A stretch of 58,445 bases of DNA, filler included, from Asterionella formosa (GCA_002256025.1; 4 parts of 4 records of this genome joined end to end with filler, not necessarily neighbours in it); one strand, 5' to 3'; positions 23,989 to 37,288 are shown, numbered from the whole stretch's first letter. Translations and numbers: made by a program. The notes: generated by a model from the letters alone, not told the origin.

Positions 23989-25584
23989 CTATCATGGTCG
24001 CGTTTTTACACGAAATTATCAGGTATCGTTGCGGGTTCGAGGCACAGCGTCACTTAAACCGATGTCTCATTTATCCTGCTTTACTAATGAACGATCCTTC
24101 CGCTAAAATTGCACAAACCACGAAGAAACAAAATCAGCTGACCTGTCACTTCCCTTTTCCATTCAAATCACTTCTTGCTACCAAATTTATTTGTCACTTA
24201 TAAGCAAACCAAACCTCAGATTTTTGAAAAATTTGCACAACGTCTTGTGTGCCATGTGTGTTTTGGAAAAGTAGGACCTGATGCTAATGCATCACTCTGC
24301 ACAGTTTATTGTTGATTCGGAATATGCTGCCTATGACAANNNNNNNNNNNNNNNNNNNNNNNNNNNNNNNNNNNNNNNNNNNNNNNNNNNNNNNNNNNNN
24401 NNNNNNNNNNNNNNNNNNNNNNNNNNNNNNNNNNNNNNNNNNNNNNNNNNNNNNNNNNNNNNNNNNNNNNNNNNNNNNNNNNNNNNNNNNNNNNNNNNNN
24501 NNNNNNNNNNNNNNNNNNNNNNNNNNNNNNNNNNNNNNNNNNNNNNNNNNNNNNNNNNNNNNNNNNNNNNNNNNNNNNNNNNNNNNNNNNNNNNNNNNNN
24601 NNNNNNNNNNNNNNNNNNNNNNNNNNNNNNNNNNNNNNNNNNNNNNNNNNNNNNNNNNNNNNNNNNNNNNNNNNNNNNNNNNNNNNNNNNNNNNNNNNNN
24701 NNNNNNNNNNNNNNNNNNNNNNNNNNNNNNNNNNNNNNNNNNNNNNNNNNNNNNNNNNNNNNNNNNNNNNNNNNNNNNNNNNNNNNNNNNNNNNNNNNNN
24801 NNNNNNNNNNNNNNNNNNNNNNNNNNNNNNNNNNNNNNNNNNNNNNNNNNNNNNNNNNNNNNNNNNNNNNNNNNNNNNNNNNNNNNNNNNNNNNNNNNNN
24901 NNNNNNNNNNNNNNNNNNNNNNNNNNNNNNAACCACCTGTCAATGGTGTTCTCTGGAACATGTACTTTTGTAGATAAGTCCACACACGTGCAATTAGCCA
25001 ACATTCTCCGATTGAAAATGTTATGCTGTATGAATATTAGAAAAAATAGTTTGGCATCATCACCAAGACATGTTACTTATGCTTCTTTGTCTAGTTCTGT
25101 TGTAGTCACCACATGTTCCCATGGCAGCCCCTGGTCACTAGGAGCTGCTGTAGTATAAATATTGATTCTGGACATTGCTGTGTCTGCTGCTTTCTTTTGA
25201 TGCTGGTCAACCAAATATGATTGTAGCAAATTCCAGGCATTTTCGACAGCTTGAACCAACTCATGAGCCACATGAATATCTTTGTCTTTATTGTCATCCA
25301 TTGTCTGCTGTCATCTCAAATTCTCATTTGCCTTATCTGATGAGTTTTTTTGCATCTATTTACGTACTTCTAATCCAGGTGGCAATAGTTCAACATATGC
25401 TGCTTTGATACCCCTGCCTAGTTGCACATTCCAGTGATACTTGATGCAGGAGTGACCAAAATATTCGAGGTGACAACTGTGCCAAGAAGGCAAGCTGACT
25501 GACTTGTTCTTCTTGATTTCCCAACTACTGTTGGCAAACTTGAGCTTCCATAGCTCAAGCTCAATTCAATTTTGTTCTAAATCA

Positions 25585-25774
25585 AGGCACTTCTCCTGAA
25601 GATTCAGAAGTTGTTGATCTAACTCTATACCATGTACATATATATATTTCATGTATCCTCATTGCAACAAGACACTTCTCCTGAAGATTCAGAAGTTGTT
25701 CATCTAACTCCATACCATCTATACATATATATATATACACTGGTATATATATTTCATGTATCCTCTTTGCAACA
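25585..25774. repeat. two-copy ~87-bp tandem duplication
   Basis: cacttctcctgaagattcagaagttgttNatctaactcYataccat...tatatttcatgtatcctcNttgcaaca occurs twice. Confidence 0.85.
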
Positions 25775-27398
25775 CTTACCAGTACTTCCTTCATGACGCA
25801 TACTATGGAACTAAAGTTAAGAATTGTGAGCATTCTTCTCAATTACGGTAGCTATCCCCTATGATGACAGATATAATGGTAATGATATCTATGAAATTAT
25901 TCCCATACGCATGATTGTTGACAAAAAAAGCAGGTACCGGTACTGCATCTGCTGCAATACCTAGTACCTGGTGTTACCAGGTACCATTACCAGCCGGCAC
26001 CATAATCCCTTAATCATGACATATCAGTGTTGGAAAAAGGTCCACGGGCAATGAATACATCCTATACATAGGCTGCTTGCATTGGCTGTCAGAAAATTGT
26101 ATGTACAGTAGAAAAAGTTCAAAATTTGTATGCAGGCTTTTGTAATAAAATCATGTCCATGCCCTGCTTGTTCGTCGAATGAAAGTAATTTGTGGTGATT
26201 CGCTCTCCGAAAGCAAGCTAATTTCGGCGGGAAGGAGGGTGAGATGAAACAATTTAATTATCCTCAACAATGAATAATCTTGAATGTTATAAATATGATC
26301 GATTCAATCGCTTCAACACAAGTACTGGTATGAATTATTCTACCGTTACGCCAGTCTCATTTGGGTACCTTTTATAGGTAAGAACACAGAGCCATGCTTA
26401 CCACATGTATGAAAGCCCCAAAATTTTCTCGCAAGCAAGGCAATCTTGAATCCGGCTAAATTTATTTACATATATCCATAATTGACGACAATCAATCCAG
26501 CCGGTCGACAACAAAACCATGCATCAAGTGACGCGCCCGCCAGATTTTCCCATTCAGTTTTCCGTCAAGTCCTCTCTACGCCAAAAATGTTCACATGCGC
26601 TCGCTAATAACGTCAGGGTAGCATCCGTTCCGAATTTTTGACCATCACTTCATATTGCCCTTGCCGCCAATTTACGCGTGCCAGTACCCGGTGAGCAACC
26701 TTTTAGCGCGGAGGTGAAATTTTCTTGACCTCCTTGCCAAGAGCAAAGTATGACCAAAGCTTGTCAACCCCACCTCGACGAAGTAAAGTTATTTTGTTTG
26801 AATTAGGTTGATCGATTTCAACTGTCGTCAGTTGTTTCTGAATTGAATTGAACTGTTGTTGAGAGTTGCATAGAGATAGAGGTTTTGNNNNNNNNNNNNN
26901 NNNNNNNNNNNNNNNNNNNNNNNNNNNNNNNNNNNNNNNNNNNNNNNNNNNNNNNNNNNNNNNNNNNNNNNNNNNNNNNNNNNNNNNNNNNNNNNNNNNN
27001 NNNNNNNNNNNNNNNNNNNNNNNNNNNNNNNNNNNNNNNNNNNNNNNNNNNNNNNNNNNNNNNNNNNNNNNNNNNNNNNNNNNNNNNNNNNNNNNNNNNN
27101 NNNNNNNNNNNNNNNNNNNNNNNNNNNNNNNNNNNNNNNNNNNNNNNNNNNNNNNNNNNNNNNNNNNNNNNNNNNNNNNNNNNNNNNNNNNNNNNNNNNN
27201 NNNNNNNNNNNNNNNNNNNNNNNNNNNNNNNNNNNNNNNNNNNNNNNNNNNNNNNNNNNNNNNNNNNNNNNNNNNNNNNNNNNNNNNNNNNNNNNNNNNN
27301 NNNNNNNNNNNNNNNNNNNNNNNNNNNNNNNNNNNNNNNNNNNNNNNNNNNNNNNNNNNNNNNNNNNNNNNTGATTTCACGCACACTGACTCTTCGTT

Positions 27399-28316
27399 AT
27401 GGTCATTGACGCTCTCTTCGACTCGCTGTGTCGCTGCTTTGGAACAGTGGGTCCTACACAAAGAAATCGATCCTCGGATTCAAACCACAGTCATCATGGA
27501 GAGGTCTCTACAGTCTCGAGCGACGTGAAGCGAAGAACGCAACGACTTCAACTCGACGACAAGGAGTTTGACAATCTCTTTCAGCAACAAAAACAATACC
27601 AAAAATCACCGACAAGGCAAGTGCAGCCCCCAGATCTAGAACAGGCTCACGCTCTCGCCAGGGCCAAATTGGTAGCTTCGACGGAAGGAGCCCGACGTCC
27701 CAAGCGCAAGTCCCCCGCAACTAAGCGGGACGAAATCTTTCGATCTCGTAACTTTGATACACCCAAATCTCAAGCAGCGGCAGCTGGTAAGAATCAAAAT
27801 ACTTTTTCGCGCTTCTTGTCGACAAAAGGCGTTGCCAACGCGTTATGCTTTGCTACCCCTATTCGTGAAGGGGACGATGAAGTCGAAGATTGTTCCGATA
27901 CCAATACACTCAATACATGTGAAGATACAATTACTTCTACTCTGTACTTTGATAACAAGTACTCTCACATTGAGCAGAAGAGGCCGCCCATGCCTCTATT
28001 TCAATCCTTCAGAGTCGAGGAGGACTTGCGAAGGATTGTTGCTACGGATTCTCACAACTCTCTGAAAATGATTTCGCTCATGAAGGAAGTTAACGCTGGC
28101 GCTGACGTGAGGTTGGAGAGTAGTTCAGATGAAGACGACGAAAGGGCCAAGACTCCAAAGAGCAGTCCAACACGAAACAGTCTCAAAGATGTTGCAATCA
28201 CTGTTGATAAAAGTGACCCCCCTCCTCCAGTTCTGCAAAACTCCAGTTGCTCCACCTCATCAAGTAACTCTTGCGTAAAAGAGCCACCGAAGCAGAAGCC
28301 ACGACAGAAATCGTAA
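27399..28316 (+). CDS. hypothetical protein (largely low complexity)
   Basis: 305-aa uninterrupted ATG ORF with coding-like composition; no family recognised. Confidence 0.65.
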   Translation: MVIDALFDSLCRCFGTVGPTQRNRSSDSNHSHHGEVSTVSSDVKRRTQRLQLDDKEFDNLFQQQKQYQKSPTRQVQPPDLEQAHALARAKLVASTEGARRPKRKSPATKRDEIFRSRNFDTPKSQAAAAGKNQNTFSRFLSTKGVANALCFATPIREGDDEVEDCSDTNTLNTCEDTITSTLYFDNKYSHIEQKRPPMPLFQSFRVEEDLRRIVATDSHNSLKMISLMKEVNAGADVRLESSSDEDDERAKTPKSSPTRNSLKDVAITVDKSDPPPPVLQNSSCSTSSSNSCVKEPPKQKPRQKS

Positions 28317-29380
28317 AAGTCAAAGAAGCCGAATTGAACCTGTAGATTAGTATTATCATCCGTCATGTCATGCCAGGAGCTGTATGTGTACAGCTCATGT
28401 ACACTTTGCACATCACCTATCAGCCATGCCGTGGAGCAACCCTAATTAATTTCATTCAATCAGGGATATTCACCTTTTTTCCAACATGCGAAGCAGAAAA
28501 TAGTTCAATGCTAGGCTTGAGTAAACTAACATTTGTGTTACTCTTGACAATGTGTTGCTTATAGTAATGGTTCTATTGCATTTCAAAACCGTGCAGTTTC
28601 AAAGCAAAATGAAATAAACTTCGCCTTTTGTCACTTGTTAAAAAGAAAATTGTCCGAGGCAGCAGTGTCGAGGCAATGCTAGGTAGCAAACGCGCAGTTC
28701 ATAATTGTCATGCCAGAGCAAGAATGGGGGAGAAGGGGTTCTTGTTATCATTTAGTTGATGGGTATTCTTACACTAGCGTCGACTCGAACGTAAAACATT
28801 ACATGCCTTCAACAAAATGGGAATTCCGCTACCATACATAGCTGCCTACTAGGACTACTGTTTATGTGTACGATCATTGCTTGATGGCCGGCAATTACTA
28901 TTTATCCTGACTTCGAACTTGCTTCCCCAGAGCAAACTACTGGTACCGCTTAGTAATCCCTGGTATACCAGATACTATTACTCGGAGTACATTCTATAGA
29001 GTTGATGATGGGCAACATGGAGTCAAATGTCAACACTGACCAGGCATCACGAGGCTAGTGAGAAACCAAAGAGTCCTACATTCACAAGCAAGACTTGCTC
29101 CCACTCCTGTGTACAGTACATACTGTTGACGAGAGCCTATTACCGGTAGTCATTATCAAAGGAGAACCACATTATTATGNNNNNNNNNNNNNNNNNNNNN
29201 NNNNNNNNNNNNNNNNNNNNNNNTTAATTAATTAANNNNNNNNNNNNNNNNNNNNNNNNNNNNNNNNNNNNNNNNNNNNGATGGTAATAGGACTAAAATA
29301 AACAATCAATTGCAATTCTATCCTTCCCAACTACCGGTATATGGCGGCAGCATTATTGCTGATTCATCCAAAAATCGAAA

Positions 29381-30028
29381 ATGGCAACTGCCCTCCCGTA
29401 AGTCCTCTGCCAGCTCTGTACTGCTTTTGGGGTTGTCCTGAAGGGACATTGCGTCTCACATCGTCTTTTATTTAATACTTCGCCTTGCATTCAATTCTCA
29501 CCCGTGTCCCCATAACTCAGGCTCACGAAACTAGCTGGCCTCTTGATGAAGACACTCGCGAAGCCTTTATCCAAAAGAATCAAACACGAGTGCAGTCGAT
29601 ATCCATTCTCACAGAAGATTCTGATTGGCATTGGCCAAAGCGCCCATCGAGCTACGTCCAGGATGACGATCTGGTCTAGCGGTTACAAAGTTCGATCCAT
29701 TTCCCCTCTGGAGGAGGAAATGGCATTGGCGACAGGAGCTGAGTTTGTAGGCGAAGGCTTCATTTTGTTGGTTAGTGGAGGCGTCGTCGTCTTTGAATAC
29801 AATAGAACGAATAAAGTGGCCGCGGAAAAGGAACGCCAGAAGCAAGAAAAGGCAAAATTAGAACGTGATACATTGAACGCTTCATTGAAGGCTTTAGATA
29901 TCCGATTACAGAGCTTGGAAAAAGTGGTTTTGGCAAACAGCCAGCAAATTGCTGTTCTTTCGAATGAGCCAGCAGGCGATGCAAAACCCTCGCGCTCTTC
30001 AGCGGGGTGGGGAATCTTCGGATTGTGA
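29381..30028 (+). CDS. OPA3: OPA3-like protein; intron 29398-29520
   Basis: Spliced N-terminus MATALPLTKLAGLLMKTLAKPLSKRIK, then PLEEEMALATGAEFVGEGFI...FEYNR and a coiled-coil tail. Confidence 0.85.
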
Positions 30029-30229
30029 TTCGTTGCTCCGAAAAATCTCATTATTGCAGGATTACCTGCTATCTTTCAATGTATGAGATAACTGTCTTGA
30101 AAATATAGTAAGGATTCGTTTATGGATACTTGAATAAAAGTCAAGCGACGGCACCACATATTTATTCTTTGCGTTTACAAGTAAAATCGCTAGACGACGC
30201 ACCTACGAATAATAAACTACTTCCAATGA

Positions 30230-31045
30230 CTACGAAGACTTCTTCGGGGTCGTCTTTCCATTACCACTGAATCCACATACCAAGATGAATAGCAAGGCGA
30301 TTGCGACACCAGCACAGATTAAAGCTGTCTGGTCGAATTCTTGGGCCTTCGTGACAATCTTATGCATGGGATTTCCTATTTTGCGCATGTTTCTAACTTC
30401 AGAAAGTTCACGCTGACTTTCATCGGAGCGTTTCACTTCCCATTCATTTTCGTATGGCTTCTTGTCTTCATTCGCTTCCTTTTTCACTTGACCGGATCGT
30501 TCGACACTGCATATCACAAATTTGTCCGTCAAGGGAAAGTTCTCATCAATATAGCTTCGCCCAGCATGAATCTTGCCTTGAACAGGACCTGCACCCCAAG
30601 GGGGCATGTCACCATAACTATAAAATGATTCCACGTGATCCATGCCTTCAATCACCTTCCCAATGGGGGTTTCCCAAAGATTTGTTCCGAGAGCCGTCGA
30701 ATGACCGTACGAAATAAACAGCTGCGAGGTTCGACTGTTTGGTCCGGATCCAGCAAAACTAATGGTGCCGCTCTCGAAGGATATCTTTGGCTCCAATTGG
30801 GGATCGTCCATAATCTGCTGATTTCCAAAATGCTTGAGCTCCTCACTTTCACTGTAGGTTATGCCAAACTGAACGAGAAACTTGGGGACGACTCGGAAGA
30901 AGTGACTATGGTCATAGTATCCTTTCTCAAAAAGAGAAACAGCTCGGTCGTATCCATTTGGACTCCATTGGCGGTGCATCTCCATCACTATCGGGCCTGT
31001 GGTTGTTCCACATTTGATCAAGGAGACTTCGTCATCGGGTGCCAT
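30230..31045 (-). CDS. cyclophilin-type peptidyl-prolyl isomerase with C-terminal TM helix
   Basis: WSPNGYDR, FFRVVPKFLVQFG, GTISFAGSGPNSRTSQLFI, PIGKVIEGM; hydrophobic C-terminal segment. Confidence 0.88.
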   Translation of the reverse strand: MAPDDEVSLIKCGTTTGPIVMEMHRQWSPNGYDRAVSLFEKGYYDHSHFFRVVPKFLVQFGITYSESEELKHFGNQQIMDDPQLEPKISFESGTISFAGSGPNSRTSQLFISYGHSTALGTNLWETPIGKVIEGMDHVESFYSYGDMPPWGAGPVQGKIHAGRSYIDENFPLTDKFVICSVERSGQVKKEANEDKKPYENEWEVKRSDESQRELSEVRNMRKIGNPMHKIVTKAQEFDQTALICAGVAIALLFILVCGFSGNGKTTPKKSS

Positions 31046-31200
31046 CGTGACAAGAAATAGAGGTAACCTTGACTACTGAAACTGAATTGTATTCTTTGCC
31101 ACGGCGGTACCTGGTAATAACATCTAACATGCAAATAAACCAGCTTTTTCTGATCAAAGATTTTTTATGTCGTCTGATTGTGACACACATAGGAAGTGTT

Positions 31201-31285
31201 GGAAGGCCCAGTAGTGCACGTTTTATGCACACTTTTTCAGTTTCGACTCACTCCCAATGATTCGTCCCAGCCAGCATGCCTACCG
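31201..31285 (+). repeat. dispersed ~70-85-bp repeat (other copies 31402-31453, 35465-35549, 45250-45310, 45461-45538, 50647-50683)
   Basis: Shared core gtgcacgttttatgcRcactttttcagtttcgactcactcccaatgattcgtccc(atgcctaccg), all in the same orientation. Confidence 0.85.
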
Positions 31286-31773
31286 TGTGGGATAGATCAA
31301 TAACATTTTTTCCTATATCTGCCATACTGATCAAAACAACCAATATTCATCTACCGGTTCTACTGGTACCAGGTACACCTTCTGGTACTGTCTCGGACAG
31401 TAAGGTCCGGAAGTGCACGTTTTATGCGCACTTTTTCAGTTTCGACTCACTCCGAACAATTACCGGCATTAGTACCTGCCTACCGTTACCCTGGTACCAG
31501 GTACCGGTAGTCCCTATGTACTGGCATGTTAGCACGTTCGACAAAGCTCGCGAAATGTAGGTGTATACCTGTAGACTGGTAACTGGGCCTGTCCGTGCCG
31601 GTTGACGGATTTTGGATTTCCACAAACAACAGCAAAGCAAATGATCATTGCTCGCTCCGTATGTAGACGACCTGTAGTAGAATTGAGATGTATGAAGCCG
31701 GTATTGTGCCGGTACGCACATTGAGAATTTGAGAACTTTGACACCGCTACTGGTAATCCATTTTAACGTAACC

Positions 31774-33551
31774 ATGAACGACGACGCCGTCCTTGTGGAA
31801 CATCCTGATCGGAAAGGGATGGAAACCAACGCTACTGTCGGCTGTACGACCAGAGACAGCGAAGACAAGCGGCCAGAGTCGCGAGCAGTTGGCCCTGTCG
31901 CTTTGCAAATTGTGTCAATTGGAACAGAAGAGGACGCTTATGCGTTCACCTTTGAAGAGGAAAATCTAAACACTGTTCTGTCCAAAGTGCCTTCAGGCTG
32001 GAAGGTTGCTGTGATCAGTGTGGTTGGAGCCTTTCGCACAGGAAAATCTTTTTTGCTCAGTTGGTTTTTGCGCTACCTTCACCACGTTGGGGAGAAGAAG
32101 GTAGAGAGTCCCACCAAAAAGTGGTACGAGGAATTTGATACTCTTGGGAACGATGGATTCGACTGGCGCGGCGGAGCAGAACGCAACACAACTGGCATTT
32201 GGATTTGGAGTGAGCCTCATTTCGTGCAGAAAAAAGATGGACAACAAATTGCTATTTTGTTGGTTGACACACAAGGTATGTTTGATCATGAAACCACCAT
32301 GGCCCTAACTGCATCAATTTTCGGGTTGAGCACGTTGCTGAGCAGCTACCAAATATATAATGTTGATAAGCGAATTCAAGAAGATAATTTGCAGCAGCTT
32401 GCTCTGTTTTCAGAATACGCTCGAATGGCAATGACGATGGACACCGATAAGGGCCAACCGTCAACCACGACGACTGTCAAGCCTTTCCAAAAGATTGAGT
32501 TTCTGGTGCGAGACTGGCAGAACTTCGAGGAGGAAGAAGACTATGCTTTAATGGAAAAAGAAATGGACGAGTACCTCAAAAAAGTCATTGCTGAGCGAGA
32601 CGCCAAAGACTTGCAAGAAACCAGAGAACAAATCCTCACTTGTTTTCAAAATATTTCTGCTTACGGCTTGGTTCATCCTGGAGTGGCAGTTACCAAGAAG
32701 AAGTACACTGGAGAATTCAGCTCCATGGACAGAACTTTCTTGAACTTGATGGATCGATACTGCAAGAAAGTTTTCGATGTTGAAACGGTCCAACCCAAAA
32801 TTATTCACGGCAGGGAACTCTCTGCCGTTGAGCTTGGTTCCTATGTCAAGGCATACGCTGCCATGTTTACCTCTGGAGCCAACTTCCCAGAAGCAGCAAC
32901 TTTGCTTGATGCAACTGCCTCGGCTAATAACACAAATGCTGTCCACTTGAGTATGTCGGAGTATAAGGATATGATGGATCGTGTTGCTGGTCCTCGTTGC
33001 AGCAACTACGTGAAAACTGACGAGCTCATCGATTTACACAATGAGGCTCTTGACCAAGGTCTAGCATTGTTTGAATCTATGGCAACATTTGGAAACCAGA
33101 GAAGCATTGAAGACGCTCGAGAGAAGTTCCATCACCAAGTCGACGAGAGTTTCGTCATCTACACTAGTCTGAACGAGGGACGAAACCCCCTGGCCGGCCT
33201 TGAAACGTGAGTTGCGTGATGTTTGTTTTACGTTGTGGAGAAGCTCTTTTTGCAATTTGATTCTCAATTTCACTTTTTTATTCTTTTATTCACAGATATC
33301 TTCTTCCACTTACAATCGCTTTGGTTTCTTACATCTTGCGCGTTGTTGCGGATTCAACATGCTCCAGCTGGTCGAATGTGTGTCGACGAAGCTCGGATGC
33401 CTTTAGTCACCTATATGCTGTTGTCCTTTGCTTCATGTTTATTTTGGCGGCAACAAAAGCGCAGCAAATCAAGGGACTGGTTCAACGAATCAAGTCTGCG
33501 TTGGAGCTAATCATGTCGAGCAACGATGGAGGAAAGGCCAAGAGGGACTAA
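31774..33551 (+). CDS. ATL: atlastin (GBP/atlastin GTPase); intron 33207-33295
   Basis: GAFRTGKSFLL P-loop, ERNTTGIWIW, LVDTQG, FLVRDW. An in-frame intron leads to an exon with two TM helices. Confidence 0.92.
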
Positions 33552-33830
33552 ATGGGAATTGCAGTTGCTTCGATTGACGATTGCTAAGTCTACACACAAA
33601 TTTATTATGGCGATCAGAGATGGAGGAAAGGCAAACGATCCTGATAGGAGAAATTGACAAATGTCACTTATAGAGACAAGCATATGATAGATATAGTTCC
33701 AACTGACTGGTATTTTCAAAAAGAAACTGAAAATATGTACCCATCGACTTCATACAGCGTCGCGATTCTATGATTGTATTCCTTGCTTCACAAACACAAC
33801 ATTGATCCAGACTCGAATCGAGTACATCAT

Positions 33831-34727
<897 letters not shown>

Positions 34728-35269
34728 TCAGGACTTTCAAAAACAAATGCCTGGATCATTTAAAGAGAGGAAACTAGCACAAAATGCTTTGTTTGTCGTG
34801 TTATTTAATCCCTTTACTTCCGTTGCATCAATCTGAGATTTTGATGTTCCTTCCATTAAGCACATCATAAGGGAGATAAAAGCTTGCCATCTTACCTTAA
34901 TCGTTCAACAATGCCGTGCTTTTCAACAGCACAAACAATGGGTCATCACTATTCCTTGACTAAAGGAAATAGTTTGATCACGTAGGAATAATAACGCAAC
35001 TGCCGACGTGCTCCGGAAAGCGAGTACCAGGTACCCTGGTACAAGGTAGAAGGTGGCACGGGATCATTCTTGCTTCATAGCGGTCTACGCGTATTTACAT
35101 GTACGTAGTGTCGATAGTCGATACCGACAAATAGAGGAAAACGTAGCTGTAATAACCGTTGCACTTTACGTAGGATTGTTGATGTGTTGGCCATTTTGTC
35201 ACCATGCGCACGAGGTCTGTGGGTTCCATACATAGAGGTCTGCTACAACGCACTCTTGCGACTGTTTGT

Positions 35270-35357
35270 ACCCAGGTACCTGGTACTACGTACTGGTACC
35301 AGGTACCAGGTACCGGTACTCCGAGTCCAGGGTACCTGGTACCAGGTACCAGGTGCC
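35270..35357. repeat. densest TACCAGG/TACCTGG heptamer chain
   Basis: cccaggtacctggtactacgtactggtaccaggtaccaggtaccggtact...gggtacctggtaccaggtaccagg. Confidence 0.85.
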
Positions 35358-35367
35358 TTATTGTATT

Positions 35368-35457
35368 GCAAGTTGCGGTAATTTTGATGAAACTAAAGAT
35401 TTAGCTATCTTTATCCCAGATTAACATGTTAGTTTAAGCAAAATGACCGCAACTTGC
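35368..35457. mobile_element. 90-bp MITE-like hairpin
   Basis: 28-bp inverted arms: gcaagttgcggtaattttgatgaaacta versus the reverse complement gcaagttgcggtcattttgcttaaacta (3 mismatches). A similar arm occurs near 50699. Confidence 0.6.
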
Positions 35458-35551
35458 TCTGTTTGGAAGGTCCGCTACCAAGTAATGCACGTTTTCTGCG
35501 CACTTTTTCAGTTTCGACCACTCCCAATGATTCGTCCCATGCCTACCGGCC

Positions 35552-37288
35552 GGAAGGGTTAGGCTGGCTTTCCATTCCCAACTCTCTTAGGTGACTTTCC
35601 ATGTTGTCTAATTATCATTCATTGAATCCATGTCATCATCTGATCATCGAAATCATGTTCAACTACTTCTACAGGCCCATGTATAGTATTCAGGAACTGA
35701 AAGACGGTTTGGTTATTAAGTTCACAAATCACTCAGTAACTTCTAGTCCTAGTCAGAAAATTCTATTTGTAGTTTGCAAATTCTAATCGTAGTCAGCAAA
35801 TTCTATTCAAAGTCAGCAATTTCTAGTCTTTGTCAGCGAATTTCTACCAGTAGTCATACTATGTACGGTTCGTCAACAACCAATGGATCAGTACTTGTAA
35901 ACAAAAGAGTCATTTTGAATATATCAATGGACTATTAATTGATACTATTGTTAAATAGAGAATCAAACAAAATTTGGTTTGCCCTACAGATTACTGTAGT
36001 GTAGCGTGTTGTATGCTGTGAAAGTGTTAAATCTCGGCTGTCGCAACTTCGTCATTTTGAATTGTGCATCGCCTAAACTACGTGAAGAAACGTGCCATAG
36101 GCGACTTCAATTTCCGTTGTCAATATTAATAGTGCTATTACAATTTTTTCAATGATTGTATTATCGATGTTGTGTTGCTTAGATTTTTTTGCCTAATAGC
36201 ATAGCGTCGTTTTCATTTTCCATGGACGAGATATTCATTACTTTCGTCATGGTCAATGCGGAGACGGCATAATGTAGGATTCCCCAGCCGCTCACAACAA
36301 CTACACTGTAGCGATTTACATATAGAAATATTGCAATATCTAAGCTAAATAGTTATAAAATATCGTCTACAAGGCCTACCCCGGGTACCCTGTGCATATA
36401 ATCCTATGCAGCCATAGTATATGTGATATGCATGACTTTTTGCAAATATGCAGATACTAGGTATTAGTACGACTACCGGTACCAGTGTATGTATACAGAC
36501 ATAATGTCATGTACATTCATAGCAGTTTTACTGTAGCATGGCTATTAGGGGAAATATAGTACATACCCATAGTTGTGTATGTTCATGTATATATGTACTA
36601 CTGTTACCAGGTACCGTAGTTCATTTGCAGAAAATCTAATCGTAATCCCCCTTAAGTTCTCGTTGCTTGTTGTCAGCCAATTCTATTTGTAGTCAGCACT
36701 TTCTAGTCGTAATCAGAAAATTCTAGTCTTAGTCAGCAAGTTCTAAACATAGGATGTTTTTTTTGTATTTCGAAGCAAGAGGACGGTTTACTGAACCGAT
36801 TGATCAGGCAGCAAATCTGTGTCGTTTTCAGAGTTTGATTCTGCAAATCTTCATCGGTCAATAAGAGTAACATATCCTACTAGGTTACTTAAAGAAAATA
36901 ATTTTCATTCAAAGCTGGCCTACTATCTCGGCTGGCAAGCATTGTAATCTGTAGGTCGAACCAAATTTTTTTTGATTCTCTATGTAACAATATATCAATT
37001 AAAAGTCCATTATTATTTCCAAAATGACTCTTTCATTTACAAGTACTGTTCCAGTTGATGCCTAATTTGCTGACAAAGACTAGATTATTGCAGACTACAC
37101 TAGAATTTACAGAGCAATTTGTGACCTTTGTAACCAATCCGTCTTCTATTTCCTGAATACTATACATTTAGAAGTAATTGAACACGATTTCGATGATCAG
37201 AAGACAACTTTGATTTATTGAATGATAATTTAATGGCATAGAAAGTTACTTAAGAGAGTTTGGAATGGAAAGCCAGCCTAACCCTTCC
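35552..37288. mobile_element. non-autonomous foldback/MULE-like element with long TIRs
   Basis: Ends GGAAGGGTTAGGCTGGCTTTCCATTCC and GGAATGGAAAGCCAGCCTAACCCTTCC. Inverted homology extends over ~35552-35995 and ~36943-37288, with internal 20-bp agtcagcaaattcta arrays. No ORF and no clear TSD. Confidence 0.85.

Noticed and set aside
35740..35850. CRISPR-like periodic repeats
   Set aside because: Degenerate head-to-tail 20-mers without unique spacers, in a eukaryotic TE context with no cas genes.
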